Source: a virus | Virus record (IMG/VR): IMGVR_UViG_3300030061_002247 | Coordinates: 18,878-82,877 of that record | Strand: one strand, 5' to 3' | DNA length: 64,000 bases | In this document: in pieces, positions 19,102 to 28,708 of the stretch | How the letters are laid out: every line of letters begins with the position of its first letter | How positions within the stretch are numbered: the first letter of the stretch is position 1 | The notes under the pieces: model-generated | What the model was told of the DNA's origin: nothing | Databases searched by the model: none | Seen by the model: only the letters and a program-made list of their open reading frames with translations | Translations under genes and position numbers: made by a program

Positions 19102-19406
19102 TCAGACCACCCATCCTCATCTATACCATCATCACTCCAGTTCACTCCTCTCAGGAGTTCTAGGATTCTGCTGTAAGGTACTCTCAGGTAGTTGGTTCTA
19201 CCACAGTCATCACACTCTACTTCGATGCACGCTATTGGCTCATCCAACTTCTTACCGTTCTTCCAACCCTCGACATCTACGATACCCTCGTCTGTAATAG
19301 ACCAGTTCTCATGCTCGCAGTTCCAGTACCTCTCTTCCTGTGCGGCTTCCCACGCAGCGTCTGCCCTGTATTCATCTCTTTCATCTTGTTCTCTTTCACT
19401 CATCAT
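19095..19406 (-). CDS. hypothetical acidic zinc-binding protein
   Basis: CEH...CDDC; SD-like GGAGAGGTG and promoter motif upstream. Confidence 0.6.
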   Translation of the reverse strand: MMSEREQDERDEYRADAAWEAAQEERYWNCEHENWSITDEGIVDVEGWKNGKKLDEPIACIEVECDDCGRTNYLRVPYSRILELLRGVNWSDDGIDEDGWSEC

Positions 19407-19705
19407 ACTGATTTCACACCTCTCCTATGTTGTTCCTTTATATGAGGAAGCCTATAATCGGCTAAAAAAAGACCATTCCCTCTAGTCGTTATTTCCTCTA
19501 TCTCATGCTCCTCTACAGGCTCTGCTTTCGGTTTGCTCTTGCTGGCCTTCCTGACATATGGAGTGAGTGTGTTTCGCCTGTATTGCTCTCTCCACATCAC
19601 CTGTATGCACTCATCACACAACCTACCATCCTTCGCTGCTTTCTCACTAGGCTCTTTGTAGATAGCACCACAGAGAGTCTTGTCTAAGATTCGGAAGTGA
19701 ATCAT
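19403..19705 (-). CDS. hypothetical zinc-finger protein
   Basis: H...TLCG...CDEC. Confidence 0.55.
   Translation of the reverse strand: MIHFRILDKTLCGAIYKEPSEKAAKDGRLCDECIQVMWREQYRRNTLTPYVRKASKSKPKAEPVEEHEIEEITTRGNGLFLADYRLPHIKEQHRRGVKSV
19430..19452 (-). promoter_or_regulatory. conserved promoter motif
   Basis: + strand TTGTTCCTTTATATGAGGAAGCC. Confidence 0.8.
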
Positions 19706-19941
19706 TTCTCTTTCTCCTTGTATTCAGGATGTTCTGGCTTCAACCTATGTCGTCTTCTATCTTTCATGTTCTCAAGCAACAGGAGCACGTTCTTCGCACC
19801 TGAATCCCAACGCTTGCCTGTCACCTTGTCGTCAACCATAATCTGCTTCAAAGACTCTAGGTCTACGGTCTCAATTAATTCATTCAATATCTCAAACTCA
19901 ACATGAGATACACTTGTCGCTCTTTCTTCTTTCACTTTCAC
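19702..19941 (-). CDS. hypothetical protein
   Basis: Coupled ORF, GGAGAGGTG start context. Confidence 0.55.
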   Translation of the reverse strand: MKVKEERATSVSHVEFEILNELIETVDLESLKQIMVDDKVTGKRWDSGAKNVLLLLENMKDRRRHRLKPEHPEYKEKEK

Positions 19942-20032
19942 CTCTCCTTTTCATTTTGTTGTTGCCTTATAACTGTAGTTTGGGTAGTTCATATACTCTC
20001 GATGTTTTTCACTTTCATAAAATCAGGAAAAC

Positions 20033-20317
20033 CTAAGCCACATTTTTTTCGGGCTGTCTTTCCTTCTGTTCCTGCTCATCATCATACTCGCTGATGAAGT
20101 CAACAAGTCTGGGTATGAGTTCCCTCACTTGCTCTGCTGTTAGTCTGACTCCGTGTCGTGTGTGTTGGTTCTTTCCATCTTGGACATTCATGATTCTGAA
20201 GTCCAACCAAACCTTGTCGTAATAGTCAACACGCCTAACGGCAACGTCTCCTTTGCCGTCTTTCCATTTTCCTTCCATGCTCACTGAACGCCAGACGTGC
20301 TCTTCGCCCATCTTCAC
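20033..20317 (-). CDS. PC4-like ssDNA-binding / transcription coactivator protein
   Basis: V.RVDYYDKVWLDFR......QHTRHGVRLTAEQVREL fits the PC4 consensus (VDIR...PT.KGI.L..EQ..EL). Confidence 0.75.
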   Translation of the reverse strand: MKMGEEHVWRSVSMEGKWKDGKGDVAVRRVDYYDKVWLDFRIMNVQDGKNQHTRHGVRLTAEQVRELIPRLVDFISEYDDEQEQKERQPEKNVA

Positions 20318-21036
20318 TCCTCCTCGTCAGCGAGACCCCATCTCTCAACACTCATGCAGTACGTACCCCACATCCATGAGGGAACACGCTCGCCTGTGTC
20401 TGGGTCTTTGCTTCCAAGCACTACCCCTAACTCAGGGTTATCGGCATCAGCCATCTCGACCATCTGCTTTCTTGTCATGCATTGTCTCAATGTTCCGTCG
20501 CTGTTGACGAATCTCATGAATAGGTAATCACCAGCAAGAAGATGGAAATCATCTGGGTCTATCTTAGTGACATGCCCACACGAGCATGGTAGGTCGTAAG
20601 CCCATACCTCAACCTCGTGTGTGTTGCCATCCTCAAGTAGAATCTCCTGCTCTCCCTCGAAACTAGGGCGAGCCTTCTCCAATTCCAGTTCGGCTAGTTT
20701 GTGCCCACATTCAACACACGCCCAAGACTTCGCTATCTCCATCCTGTGTGCAGTCTCCTGTGCGTAGGCCTCCTCGGATGACGCAGGTGGGTCGTATTCC
20801 ACCTCATCACCCATGACCATGTTTATTCCAACACTCATCATGATTGTTGCAAACCTCATGTGGTTCTCCTGAACTGTGGGATGATTCATCATGCGAATCA
20901 CCTTCCAACTGTCGTCAGTTACCTTCTGGTATGTCAGTCCCGTTCCCTCTGGACTCCACACACCACCGATACCCATGTTATCGAAGTGCTCCTTAGCCCA
21001 TGTCTTCATCTCTTCATTTATCTCAAACTCACTCAT
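20314..21036 (-). CDS. hypothetical zinc-ribbon protein
   Basis: CVECGH and CSCGH knuckles. Confidence 0.65.
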   Translation of the reverse strand: MSEFEINEEMKTWAKEHFDNMGIGGVWSPEGTGLTYQKVTDDSWKVIRMMNHPTVQENHMRFATIMMSVGINMVMGDEVEYDPPASSEEAYAQETAHRMEIAKSWACVECGHKLAELELEKARPSFEGEQEILLEDGNTHEVEVWAYDLPCSCGHVTKIDPDDFHLLAGDYLFMRFVNSDGTLRQCMTRKQMVEMADADNPELGVVLGSKDPDTGERVPSWMWGTYCMSVERWGLADEEE

Positions 21037-21337
21037 CTCTTACATCTCCTGTGTTTTCCTGTTCCACCAACTGCTCGCATTCCCAGCAAGGAAATAAACT
21101 GTGCGTGTCGGTAATTACAACCACACTTCCGTCTTGTATATCACTCTTACACAAGGGACAACATCCCAATACCTGTTTGGCAGGCATGGCCGCAAGTACC
21201 TCACGTTCCTTGTCCTTGTAGGTGATGTACATCACTTCCTCACACAGTTCGGCTATCTCTCCCATGCCATTCACAAACTTCCCATAAGGAAGAAAGGACT
21301 TCGTGGTCAGAGTGGATTCAACGTACCTCTCAGTCAT
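21029..21337 (-). CDS. hypothetical zinc-ribbon protein
   Basis: CPLC...CWEC. Confidence 0.55.
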   Translation of the reverse strand: MTERYVESTLTTKSFLPYGKFVNGMGEIAELCEEVMYITYKDKEREVLAAMPAKQVLGCCPLCKSDIQDGSVVVITDTHSLFPCWECEQLVEQENTGDVRDE

Positions 21338-21403
21338 TGTGCATCACATCCATGTGTTTTGTGTGGTGACGGTAGGGATGTATAAACAAACGAACGATTT
21401 CCG

Positions 21404-21450
21404 ATGACTGCTTGGTGTAGTCCCCGCCACCACGAGACTACAGCAATCAT
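21404..21450 (-). terminator. intergenic stem-loop followed (minus strand) by a T-rich tract and TTTATA; candidate terminator plus promoter
   Basis: TGTAGTC/GACTACA arms with outer ATGACTGC/GCAATCAT arms; TATAAA on + strand at 21381-21386. Confidence 0.4.
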
Positions 21451-21460
21451 AGAATGTGAA

Positions 21461-22036
21461 TTAGAACAGGTAAACATCGTCACCGCCCTCTGGTATATCT
21501 GTGTCAACAAGGTCTTCTACAACATGCCCGCCCATCAATTCTGAGAGTGTCTTTATCCACTCGTCCTTATCGAAGTACGGTATGTCTGGGCACTTCTTGT
21601 CTGCGAAAGCCTTCGCATCATCCAACTCCCAGAATCCCTTCTTGACACCATCGAATACTATGCCAATCAGAATCCTCTGATTGTTCTCTATCTCTTCCTC
21701 CTCAACCTTACAGTATATCTTCTTGACCATAGGGTCAGGGTTCAGATTGTAGGAAAGGCCACGTGCAAATGACAGGGGTATGTTCTCCCTCTCACTCACG
21801 TTGCTGTAGAGAATCTCCCAACCTATGTCATCCATGGTATCGACTTGGCTCAACATGGCCGAGTCCATGACGTACATGGAATGCATGTGAGCAGTGTCGT
21901 GTGCCTCATTGTGTATGCGTTCCTTGGCCTTGTTCCTCATCCTTGTATACTCTACGGCCTCTTCAGGTATTGGTGTGTCGTTCACCTTTTCTGCAACACC
22001 TTGGAGTATGTCGTATATGTTCTGAGTCGTAATCAT
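21461..22036 (-). CDS. hypothetical protein
   Basis: 191-aa coupled ORF. Confidence 0.6.
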   Translation of the reverse strand: MITTQNIYDILQGVAEKVNDTPIPEEAVEYTRMRNKAKERIHNEAHDTAHMHSMYVMDSAMLSQVDTMDDIGWEILYSNVSERENIPLSFARGLSYNLNPDPMVKKIYCKVEEEEIENNQRILIGIVFDGVKKGFWELDDAKAFADKKCPDIPYFDKDEWIKTLSELMGGHVVEDLVDTDIPEGGDDVYLF

Positions 22037-22656
22037 TCGACCACTACCTCTGCTTCCTGTGTCACAATGCTCTCCCCTATGAGTTCGGGGTTAAGAATTG
22101 CATTGGTCACAGGTACGGCTTCAACACGTATCTGTTGCCTACCGGACATCTTGGTCATAGTCAAATCATTGATTTGTGATGATATCTCATCCACCAGTTT
22201 AGCATGCTTCGCATACTTGTCCTTCCAGTGCTTGGCTAGGTCTTTGTCTGTGCTGATAGACATCTCAAGTCCTTCCTTCAGTGCTTCAGCAATACGTGTG
22301 TATGCCGCTTTACCCAGTGGGCCTGCTGTGTCTGAATCCGCAGGTACTAGCATACCCACGAGCATGTCCAACAGGATGTTCCTCTGAAGGCTCAGAGGCA
22401 CTTTCATCGGTATCCTCTGCTCCCATCCGGCTTCCTTCCTGTACCCATGTCCCTGTGTCCTACCACCTGTGTGTGGCTCTGTCTGCACCATGACGGTCGA
22501 ACCTGTCATCATGTCCATGACCATTATCTCAGGGTCACTGAAGTACTCCTCACTATCATCATAGCGAGCCTTCTCCGCTTTCGTTATTATCGCTCCCAGT
22601 GATGCGAGTGCCTTACCCACACCATCTGTCCATTCCATCTGCTCTGCTTGTTTCAT
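22033..22656 (-). CDS. hypothetical protein
   Basis: 207-aa ORF directly after a promoter motif copy. Confidence 0.65.
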   Translation of the reverse strand: MKQAEQMEWTDGVGKALASLGAIITKAEKARYDDSEEYFSDPEIMVMDMMTGSTVMVQTEPHTGGRTQGHGYRKEAGWEQRIPMKVPLSLQRNILLDMLVGMLVPADSDTAGPLGKAAYTRIAEALKEGLEMSISTDKDLAKHWKDKYAKHAKLVDEISSQINDLTMTKMSGRQQIRVEAVPVTNAILNPELIGESIVTQEAEVVVE

Positions 22657-22670
22657 ACATCTCTCCTCTC

Positions 22671-22693
22671 TTGTTCCTTTATATGAGGAAGCC
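22671..22693 (-). promoter_or_regulatory. conserved promoter motif
   Basis: + strand TTGTTCCTTTATATGAGGAAGCC. Confidence 0.8.
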
Positions 22694-22764
22694 TACAACT
22701 ATCGCACTTCCCCCTTCGGTCGTGCCCCCAGTGCACCTTAGCCCCACACCATCTGCATGAGAGC

Positions 22765-23154
22765 CTATTCCTCACCTTGCATCATCTCCTTCATCTTCTC
22801 GTTGTAGAAGGGGTTGTCCACAATCCTGATATCATCAAACACAATCTGCTTGAAGTTCACTGTCTCACCATAGACATACGACGCACCCTCGTCGGGAACG
22901 CCTAGCATCTCGGTCATCTTAGGCGAGTGGTCTACACCCAGACTCATGTCATCGGGGTTAGCCGTGAATGGAATCAGGACAACCTTTTCTGCATCTCGTC
23001 TGGTAAAGCAAATCCACCTCGCACATGCTTCTAGGTTAGTCGAGCAATACACCTCACCGAAGCGTGGTTGTATGCCGTTGCCTAGTATGCTTGTCAGGTT
23101 CTCATACGGACTAGCGTGCCAATACACCTGTGTCTTACTCATGATATCACACAT
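22765..23154 (-). CDS. putative ADP-ribosyltransferase-fold protein (Tpt1/KptA/DUF952-like)
   Basis: YWHAS..NLTSILGNGIQP....VYCST...A pattern. Confidence 0.5.
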   Translation of the reverse strand: MCDIMSKTQVYWHASPYENLTSILGNGIQPRFGEVYCSTNLEACARWICFTRRDAEKVVLIPFTANPDDMSLGVDHSPKMTEMLGVPDEGASYVYGETVNFKQIVFDDIRIVDNPFYNEKMKEMMQGEE

Positions 23155-23409
23155 CCATCTCTAGGCGGGCTTCTGTGTTGACCACCACTCATGTGTCCAC
23201 CACATTTACTACATCTCCACATCGCTCCGACCACATATCTTTTACCTCTCAGGTATCGAATAGTGTCACCTTTTCTCCAGTCACACTTACTCATGATACC
23301 TGCTCCTTGATTCGCTCCCAAGCATCGCTCCAATCACCAATGTTGCTACCTTCTTTTTCTTCAAATCGCTTGATGATATTTCTGATACGCCTTATCCTGT
23401 ACTCATGAT

Positions 23410-23916
23410 TCATACTGTCACCCCCATCCACCAGTCAGGCGGGCTTGTGTGTCTGTAATGCACACCGCCTGCACTGTGTATCTTGCTGTGGTAATAGGCA
23501 CGGTACGCCTGTACTGCATCCTCGTGTTTGAACTCGTCAGGCATGGCCTGAGCGAACGGTGTCATCTCCTCTCCAACATATGGCATCATATGCGACATCT
23601 GATGGATTGGGCTTTGACACGCATGAACCTTACCGAACCTTTTCTTGTACTCTCGACACAATGAGATGGCATGATTGGCTAACCAAAGGAAGTTAGTATC
23701 GCTATCTCCTGCCCAGAGGGTACATGGATGCCGAGCGTAGCCACCCTTGTACGGGCTGCCACTCTTAGTCAATGGCATTTGCTCATCGGTAGCACCCCAC
23801 CTACGTAGGGCTGATGCCATCATCTGTGCTGACTCAGTGACCATCTTCGGTACTCGCACACAATCCATCGCCTGTGCTGCCTTCTCTGGGTCTGCATCCA
23901 ACACGAATATGTTCAT
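23410..23916 (-). CDS. pyrimidine-dimer DNA glycosylase-like protein (DenV-related phage family)
   Basis: MNIFVLDADP..AA....VPKMVTESAQM, HPCTLWA, EYKKRFGKVH, FAQAMPD, AYRAYY. Confidence 0.75.
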   Translation of the reverse strand: MNIFVLDADPEKAAQAMDCVRVPKMVTESAQMMASALRRWGATDEQMPLTKSGSPYKGGYARHPCTLWAGDSDTNFLWLANHAISLCREYKKRFGKVHACQSPIHQMSHMMPYVGEEMTPFAQAMPDEFKHEDAVQAYRAYYHSKIHSAGGVHYRHTSPPDWWMGVTV

Positions 23917-24137
23917 GCTGTCACCTCGTCTATGGCCTCAGAGATGTCTGTGTCCTCACGCATGTATGTCAGGATAGTCGCTTTCAGGTTTAGGTTTTCT
24001 AGAATCCTCCACATGGTAGCATACTCCTTAGCCATCTTACGCCAGTCCTCAATGTCCTCACGTAGTGTCTCCAGTTCTGCTTCCAGTTCTCTAGCACGCT
24101 TCTTGGCTATGGCTAAGGCTATGTGTGTCCCACTCAT
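23913..24137 (-). CDS. small coiled-coil protein
   Basis: Coupled ORF with heptad pattern. Confidence 0.5.
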   Translation of the reverse strand: MSGTHIALAIAKKRARELEAELETLREDIEDWRKMAKEYATMWRILENLNLKATILTYMREDTDISEAIDEVTA

Positions 24138-24506
24138 TCCTCCTCACCTCGTATCTCATCGATAACCTCCTGTTGCTCTCGGATGGCTTGTAGCACATGC
24201 TTAGGAACAATAGGGTCTGTTAGTTTCGTATGATAGATGAGTCTACGCAAGTCCTGCATCCCCTGAAGCCTGCCTTCCTCGTATGTCAGGAACTCGTCTG
24301 CCTCTGTCAGGCTATCTGCATAACTCATTCTACCACCTTCTCTTTGCCTATCTCTTGGCCACAAGCGGAGCAGTAAGACATACCATCTTTCGCACCTATG
24401 TGTCCATGAGGCCCAAAGCCAGCGTTGCACCACTCCTTACCCTTGTGTGTATCAAACACAGGAGAGCACCGCATGCCGTCAGGCTTGTACTGGTATCTCG
24501 CTACCT

Positions 24507-24935
24507 TCATTCGTCATCACTCCCGAACAGTTGCACATCGTATGTCCCATCGGCATCGACCGTGGTCATTGATGCGAAGGGAGCATCGAACATGCTCATC
24601 TGCATGACTCGCTCACGGATGTGTGTCGGGCAGTCTGTGGTAGCACCCTCATCATCGTGGCCTAGCAACAGGAAGTCACCGTGCATTGACAACACACTCC
24701 CAAGGGGCATGTTGCACATCTCTGCGATGAACTCACGAGCGATTGGATTGAGGGGCAGTTCACGTAGCCTGCCTTCCTCGTTCCCAATCAAGTCCCATGT
24801 CTGCTTGACACCGTTGAGGGTGATGTCATCACCCCCAGTCAATGCGTATTCGATGTTCCCGCCTACGGCTGACTGCATGTCGCTTAGGCCGTCTACAGAA
24901 ATCGGTTCGACTTTCCCGTTGGTGCGAATCAACAC
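24507..24935 (-). CDS. DUF3846-like protein
   Basis: LSDMQSAVGGNIE...NEEGRLRELPLNPIA...GDFLLLG. Confidence 0.7.
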   Translation of the reverse strand: MLIRTNGKVEPISVDGLSDMQSAVGGNIEYALTGGDDITLNGVKQTWDLIGNEEGRLRELPLNPIAREFIAEMCNMPLGSVLSMHGDFLLLGHDDEGATTDCPTHIRERVMQMSMFDAPFASMTTVDADGTYDVQLFGSDDE

Positions 24936-24946
24936 GCCTGAGTTGC

Positions 24947-26164
24947 TCAGAGTGTCACCCCCATTGCTTCCATAGGGGTGACGTACTCGTTCAAATCCAC
25001 AACACCGGATACAACATCCGACATGAGTTTGTGGACTGCATGTAGTCGTGTGTCAAGAGCACCGATTGCTAGGGCACTTCCTGTAAGGACAGCGTTGCCC
25101 TTACCGCTCAGTGTATTAGCACCGCTCCATGTAGGCTTGTGTGTTAGAACACCAGTGAGTACGTTGTAGGCATGGTATGCCGTACCGATTGCCTCACCCT
25201 CTACCTTCACGAAGTCAGCCTCAGGTCTGTTCCAACCCATGAGTGCCGCACGGAATCCATAGCCTCTGGATATGGAGTAGTCCACGACGGTATCAGTCTG
25301 CTTGTTTATCATGGGCGTTGCTTGAGGCAGGGAGAGAATCTTTCTCTCTCGTGCCGCAACTAGAAGTTTGCCGAACAGGTCGTTGTCCATCCCGAAGGAA
25401 GTCATCGACTCAACAAGTTCGAGTTGCTCCACAACGTCTTCAATCATACCCGCAATCGAGTTGCTGAACTTGGCGAAGTCAATTGAGCCGACACCGTTCT
25501 TCGTGTGTCTCAAACTCGCTAGGTTCTTGGTCGATGTAGCAACCATACCATTGGTACAGGCAAGTCTCTCTGCAACTCCGTTGATTTTCAGAGAACCGCT
25601 ACCGTCAAGGCTGTTGTGAATAGACACACCATACCTGTACAAGTCTCCAACGTGTGTGAGTTCCGACTTCTCGTTAGCAACTACGTTGATGTCCATTCGT
25701 GCTTTCTTACCGAAGTCATAGGCTGTTATCTTGAAGTCCCATCCCTTCTCATTGCAGTGCATTGCCAATGGAGCAAACACTTCTGGGTAAGACACACCTG
25801 CGTATCTCTTGGAGACCGCACCTAGTATAGCACCAACAGGTTGCTTCTCTGTCCTGACCTTGGGGTTCATTATTATGAACAGGTTGTTCTCACCGTTGTA
25901 CGCATCTGTTACTGTGTACAGTCCGTCATCCACACCTGAGTCCTCAGGATGTTGGTCAACGTTCACCACAGCAGGCAACACGTAGGGTTTGAAGTCCCAG
26001 TCACAGACTGTCTTAGTCCTACCACCTTTGGTCAAGAAGGCAAAGCCTTCTCCTTCGTGAACTTGCATAGCACCACTAGCAATAGTGTGCGTATCCCAGT
26101 TCGGGCTTTCGTCATCGTTCGTCATATCGTTTGTATCAATGTTCATATCCATATCAATCACCAT
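24947..26164 (-). CDS. DUF932-family protein
   Basis: VSKRY, IHNSLDGSGS, RLACTNGM, LRHT, AYHAYNVLT. Confidence 0.75.
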   Translation of the reverse strand: MVIDMDMNIDTNDMTNDDESPNWDTHTIASGAMQVHEGEGFAFLTKGGRTKTVCDWDFKPYVLPAVVNVDQHPEDSGVDDGLYTVTDAYNGENNLFIIMNPKVRTEKQPVGAILGAVSKRYAGVSYPEVFAPLAMHCNEKGWDFKITAYDFGKKARMDINVVANEKSELTHVGDLYRYGVSIHNSLDGSGSLKINGVAERLACTNGMVATSTKNLASLRHTKNGVGSIDFAKFSNSIAGMIEDVVEQLELVESMTSFGMDNDLFGKLLVAARERKILSLPQATPMINKQTDTVVDYSISRGYGFRAALMGWNRPEADFVKVEGEAIGTAYHAYNVLTGVLTHKPTWSGANTLSGKGNAVLTGSALAIGALDTRLHAVHKLMSDVVSGVVDLNEYVTPMEAMGVTL

Positions 26165-28284
26165 TCCTCTGTTGTTCCTTTATATGAGGAAGCCCCTTTC
26201 CCACCGATGAAATCGGTTAGCATGCTCGCAGGAATCTCACCTGCATCCACCATGCTCGTTAGCAACTCTGTTGCCAAGGCCTTCCTCTGTTCCTTCTCTC
26301 CACCATCCAGTATCCCTTTGACCACATCTCTCTTCTGAGAGACGATGCGAGAGAACCTCTCGTCAATCGTGTTGGAGACGCATAGGTAGACTGCGTGAAC
26401 AACACTCGCATCCTGACCTATCCTATTCACTCTGTCCTCCGCCTGTTCCTCTACGGCAGGAGTCCACTCACGTTCCACGAACACAACCGTGTCTGCTTTG
26501 GTGAGTGTTATTCCCATGTTGGCCGACAGTATGTTAGCAACCAACACGTCTACGTTCCCTGCTTGGAAGTCCTCGATTATGGCCTGCCTCTTCTGTGCAT
26601 TGACACCACCTTCGATGACTGCAACACGCAGGAACTCAGGGTTGAACGTGTCCACTACTCGTTTCAACACATCTCTGTGATGAGTGTAAACGATGACGGG
26701 CTTGCCTGTCTGCTCGTGGTACTGAGCCACCCACTCACAGGCCGATTTCACCTTGAGCATCCCACAGTGATGCCTCAGACTCGTGAGCATGTTCAACACG
26801 AATCCCGCAGGGAGTGTGTTGTTCTGCTTGTGTTGCCTGTACTCATCCAACCAACCAGACTGCAAGGTCTGGTATGACTTGACCCCAGATGCCGAAGGCT
26901 CGACTGCGAAGTCCTGCCTTATCTTGTCAGGCAGTTCCTCCATGACCTCCTTCTTCAGTCTGCGAAGCACGAAGTCCCTACTCACAGTGTGTAGTTCTTT
27001 CTCGTTGGAAGAGCCACGTGTGTCCCAACCGAACCCGTTGTGATATGCATCGCAGTACCTCTGAACATACTTGAGCCATGACGGGAAGTCAACTGGTCTG
27101 AGCAGGTTCAGCGTGGTGAAGTACTCCTCAGGCCGACTGGTTATGGCAGTGCCACTGAGACAGAGTACACTCTGTGTCTGCTTCCCTATGTTGAGACAGG
27201 CCTGTGTCCTCTTGGCTGTCTTGTTCTTCAGGAAGTGAGACTCGTCGAACACACACAGGTTGAATCCCCTGTCCATGAGTTGCTCCTCTCTCTTGCCCAT
27301 CAAGTCATAGTTCACTATGGTGAAGTCAGCATCTGCTATCTCACCCTTGAAGCCGTTGACCACCTCGACACTCACGTCTTTGAGCCACGTGTCAATCTCC
27401 TTAGCCCAGTTGTACTTGACACTGGAGGGACAGACCACAAGCACAGGCCATAGTTCCCTGTGAAGGGATGCGTATGCTATCGCTTGGATGGTCTTGCCTA
27501 TCCCCATGTCGTCCCCGATGAGGCATCTCCCACCTGCAAGTTCAGCGAAGCGAACACCCACGTATTGGAAGGGGTACAACTCGCAACCATCGTTGAAGGT
27601 TTCAGACAACCTCTTCTGCATCTCGTCAACCGTATGTGCGTTTGTCAACTCGACTGCACTGCTGATTGCTACACGCTCCGCATGTTTGGTGATGTACATC
27701 TGAACATCCTCAAGTTCGCTCACTACTGTGGCCAGTGGCTCGTAGACATCCTCTAGTCTCTTGACTAGGAATCCTGCTTGCTTTATCGGTATCATCCAAC
27801 GCTTGTTGTCTTTGTCCCACTTCCTGTTAGGGATGCCCTTGACAATCTCCTTGACCTCATCCCTCAGGGATGCATCCCTGATGAAAGGCCACTCCAATGC
27901 CAACGCACCATCCACGATGTATGCTGAACACTTGCTCGCAGTACTCGTGTTTGAAGGGGCGGATGCTATGTGCTCGGTGATGGGTGAACTATCGTAGCCG
28001 AACCTCTCAAAGATGGAAGCAGTGACCTGCAACACATCCCTGTCGAAACGCACGCTCCATGTGTTGTTGCTCCACTTGACGTTGTAGAATCCCTCAAGGG
28101 ACTTCAACTCATTCTTCATGGCGTTGTTTATCTCAGGGTTGTATGGGAAGGACAGTGCAACACGCTTCGCCTGTCTTGGATACCTACGCTGTGTGTCGTT
28201 CTTCGTGTAGTACGTCTCTGTGTACATGTCTGCCTTAAGAGTCAAGTTCCCACCTCTCGTGTACATTCTCTCCATCCTCAACAC
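26158..28284 (-). CDS. SNF2-family ATPase with two HARP-like N-terminal domains (SMARCAL1-like)
   Basis: LYPFQ, GDDMGIGKT, VCPSSV, DESH, LSGT, QAEDRVNRIGQ; N-terminal FPYN..KW....W and WPF..IPNRKWD....W repeats. Confidence 0.9.
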   Translation of the reverse strand: MLRMERMYTRGGNLTLKADMYTETYYTKNDTQRRYPRQAKRVALSFPYNPEINNAMKNELKSLEGFYNVKWSNNTWSVRFDRDVLQVTASIFERFGYDSSPITEHIASAPSNTSTASKCSAYIVDGALALEWPFIRDASLRDEVKEIVKGIPNRKWDKDNKRWMIPIKQAGFLVKRLEDVYEPLATVVSELEDVQMYITKHAERVAISSAVELTNAHTVDEMQKRLSETFNDGCELYPFQYVGVRFAELAGGRCLIGDDMGIGKTIQAIAYASLHRELWPVLVVCPSSVKYNWAKEIDTWLKDVSVEVVNGFKGEIADADFTIVNYDLMGKREEQLMDRGFNLCVFDESHFLKNKTAKRTQACLNIGKQTQSVLCLSGTAITSRPEEYFTTLNLLRPVDFPSWLKYVQRYCDAYHNGFGWDTRGSSNEKELHTVSRDFVLRRLKKEVMEELPDKIRQDFAVEPSASGVKSYQTLQSGWLDEYRQHKQNNTLPAGFVLNMLTSLRHHCGMLKVKSACEWVAQYHEQTGKPVIVYTHHRDVLKRVVDTFNPEFLRVAVIEGGVNAQKRQAIIEDFQAGNVDVLVANILSANMGITLTKADTVVFVEREWTPAVEEQAEDRVNRIGQDASVVHAVYLCVSNTIDERFSRIVSQKRDVVKGILDGGEKEQRKALATELLTSMVDAGEIPASMLTDFIGGKGASSYKGTTEEW
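26172..26194 (-). promoter_or_regulatory. conserved promoter motif
   Basis: + strand TTGTTCCTTTATATGAGGAAGCC. Confidence 0.8.
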
Positions 28285-28708
28285 GCATGATTAGAACGTC
28301 ATCCTCACGCATGCCTGTTGGAACACGCTTGGGGTCAAGCATGCGTTTGATGGCATCCCTGACGAAGCCCGTCCTATCCTTGCCATGCAAGCAGTGGAAG
28401 AACACTGGTGCGTCTTGTGCCAGTGTCAGTATCAACTGAGCAGTGTCACGAATGTAGTCCTCATCCCTGACGTAGTTCTTCTTCCCGTAGGGATTCTCGA
28501 TGTGTCTGACAATCCTGCTGACATACACTGTACGTGAGTTGTTGTCAATCCATTTACCTGCTCTCCTGTCAAGGGACACGACTGTATCTATCCGCTCCGT
28601 GTTCAACATGCGATGTGTGTCATCACCCTCGATGAACTTCTTTCCATCAGCACAGAAAACGTTGTGTGTAATTTTCATGTATCCAAGACCTATGTATCTG
28701 TGTGTCAT
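28235..28708 (-). CDS. Cys-based (PTP/dual-specificity) phosphatase
   Basis: CX5R loop VFFHCLHGKDRTG. Confidence 0.85.
   Translation of the reverse strand: MTHRYIGLGYMKITHNVFCADGKKFIEGDDTHRMLNTERIDTVVSLDRRAGKWIDNNSRTVYVSRIVRHIENPYGKKNYVRDEDYIRDTAQLILTLAQDAPVFFHCLHGKDRTGFVRDAIKRMLDPKRVPTGMREDDVLIMRVEDGENVHERWELDS

Noticed and set aside
22694-22764. GC-rich intergenic stretch as a tRNA or ncRNA
   Set aside because: No cloverleaf, T-loop (GTTCRA) or CCA found; only a weak stem
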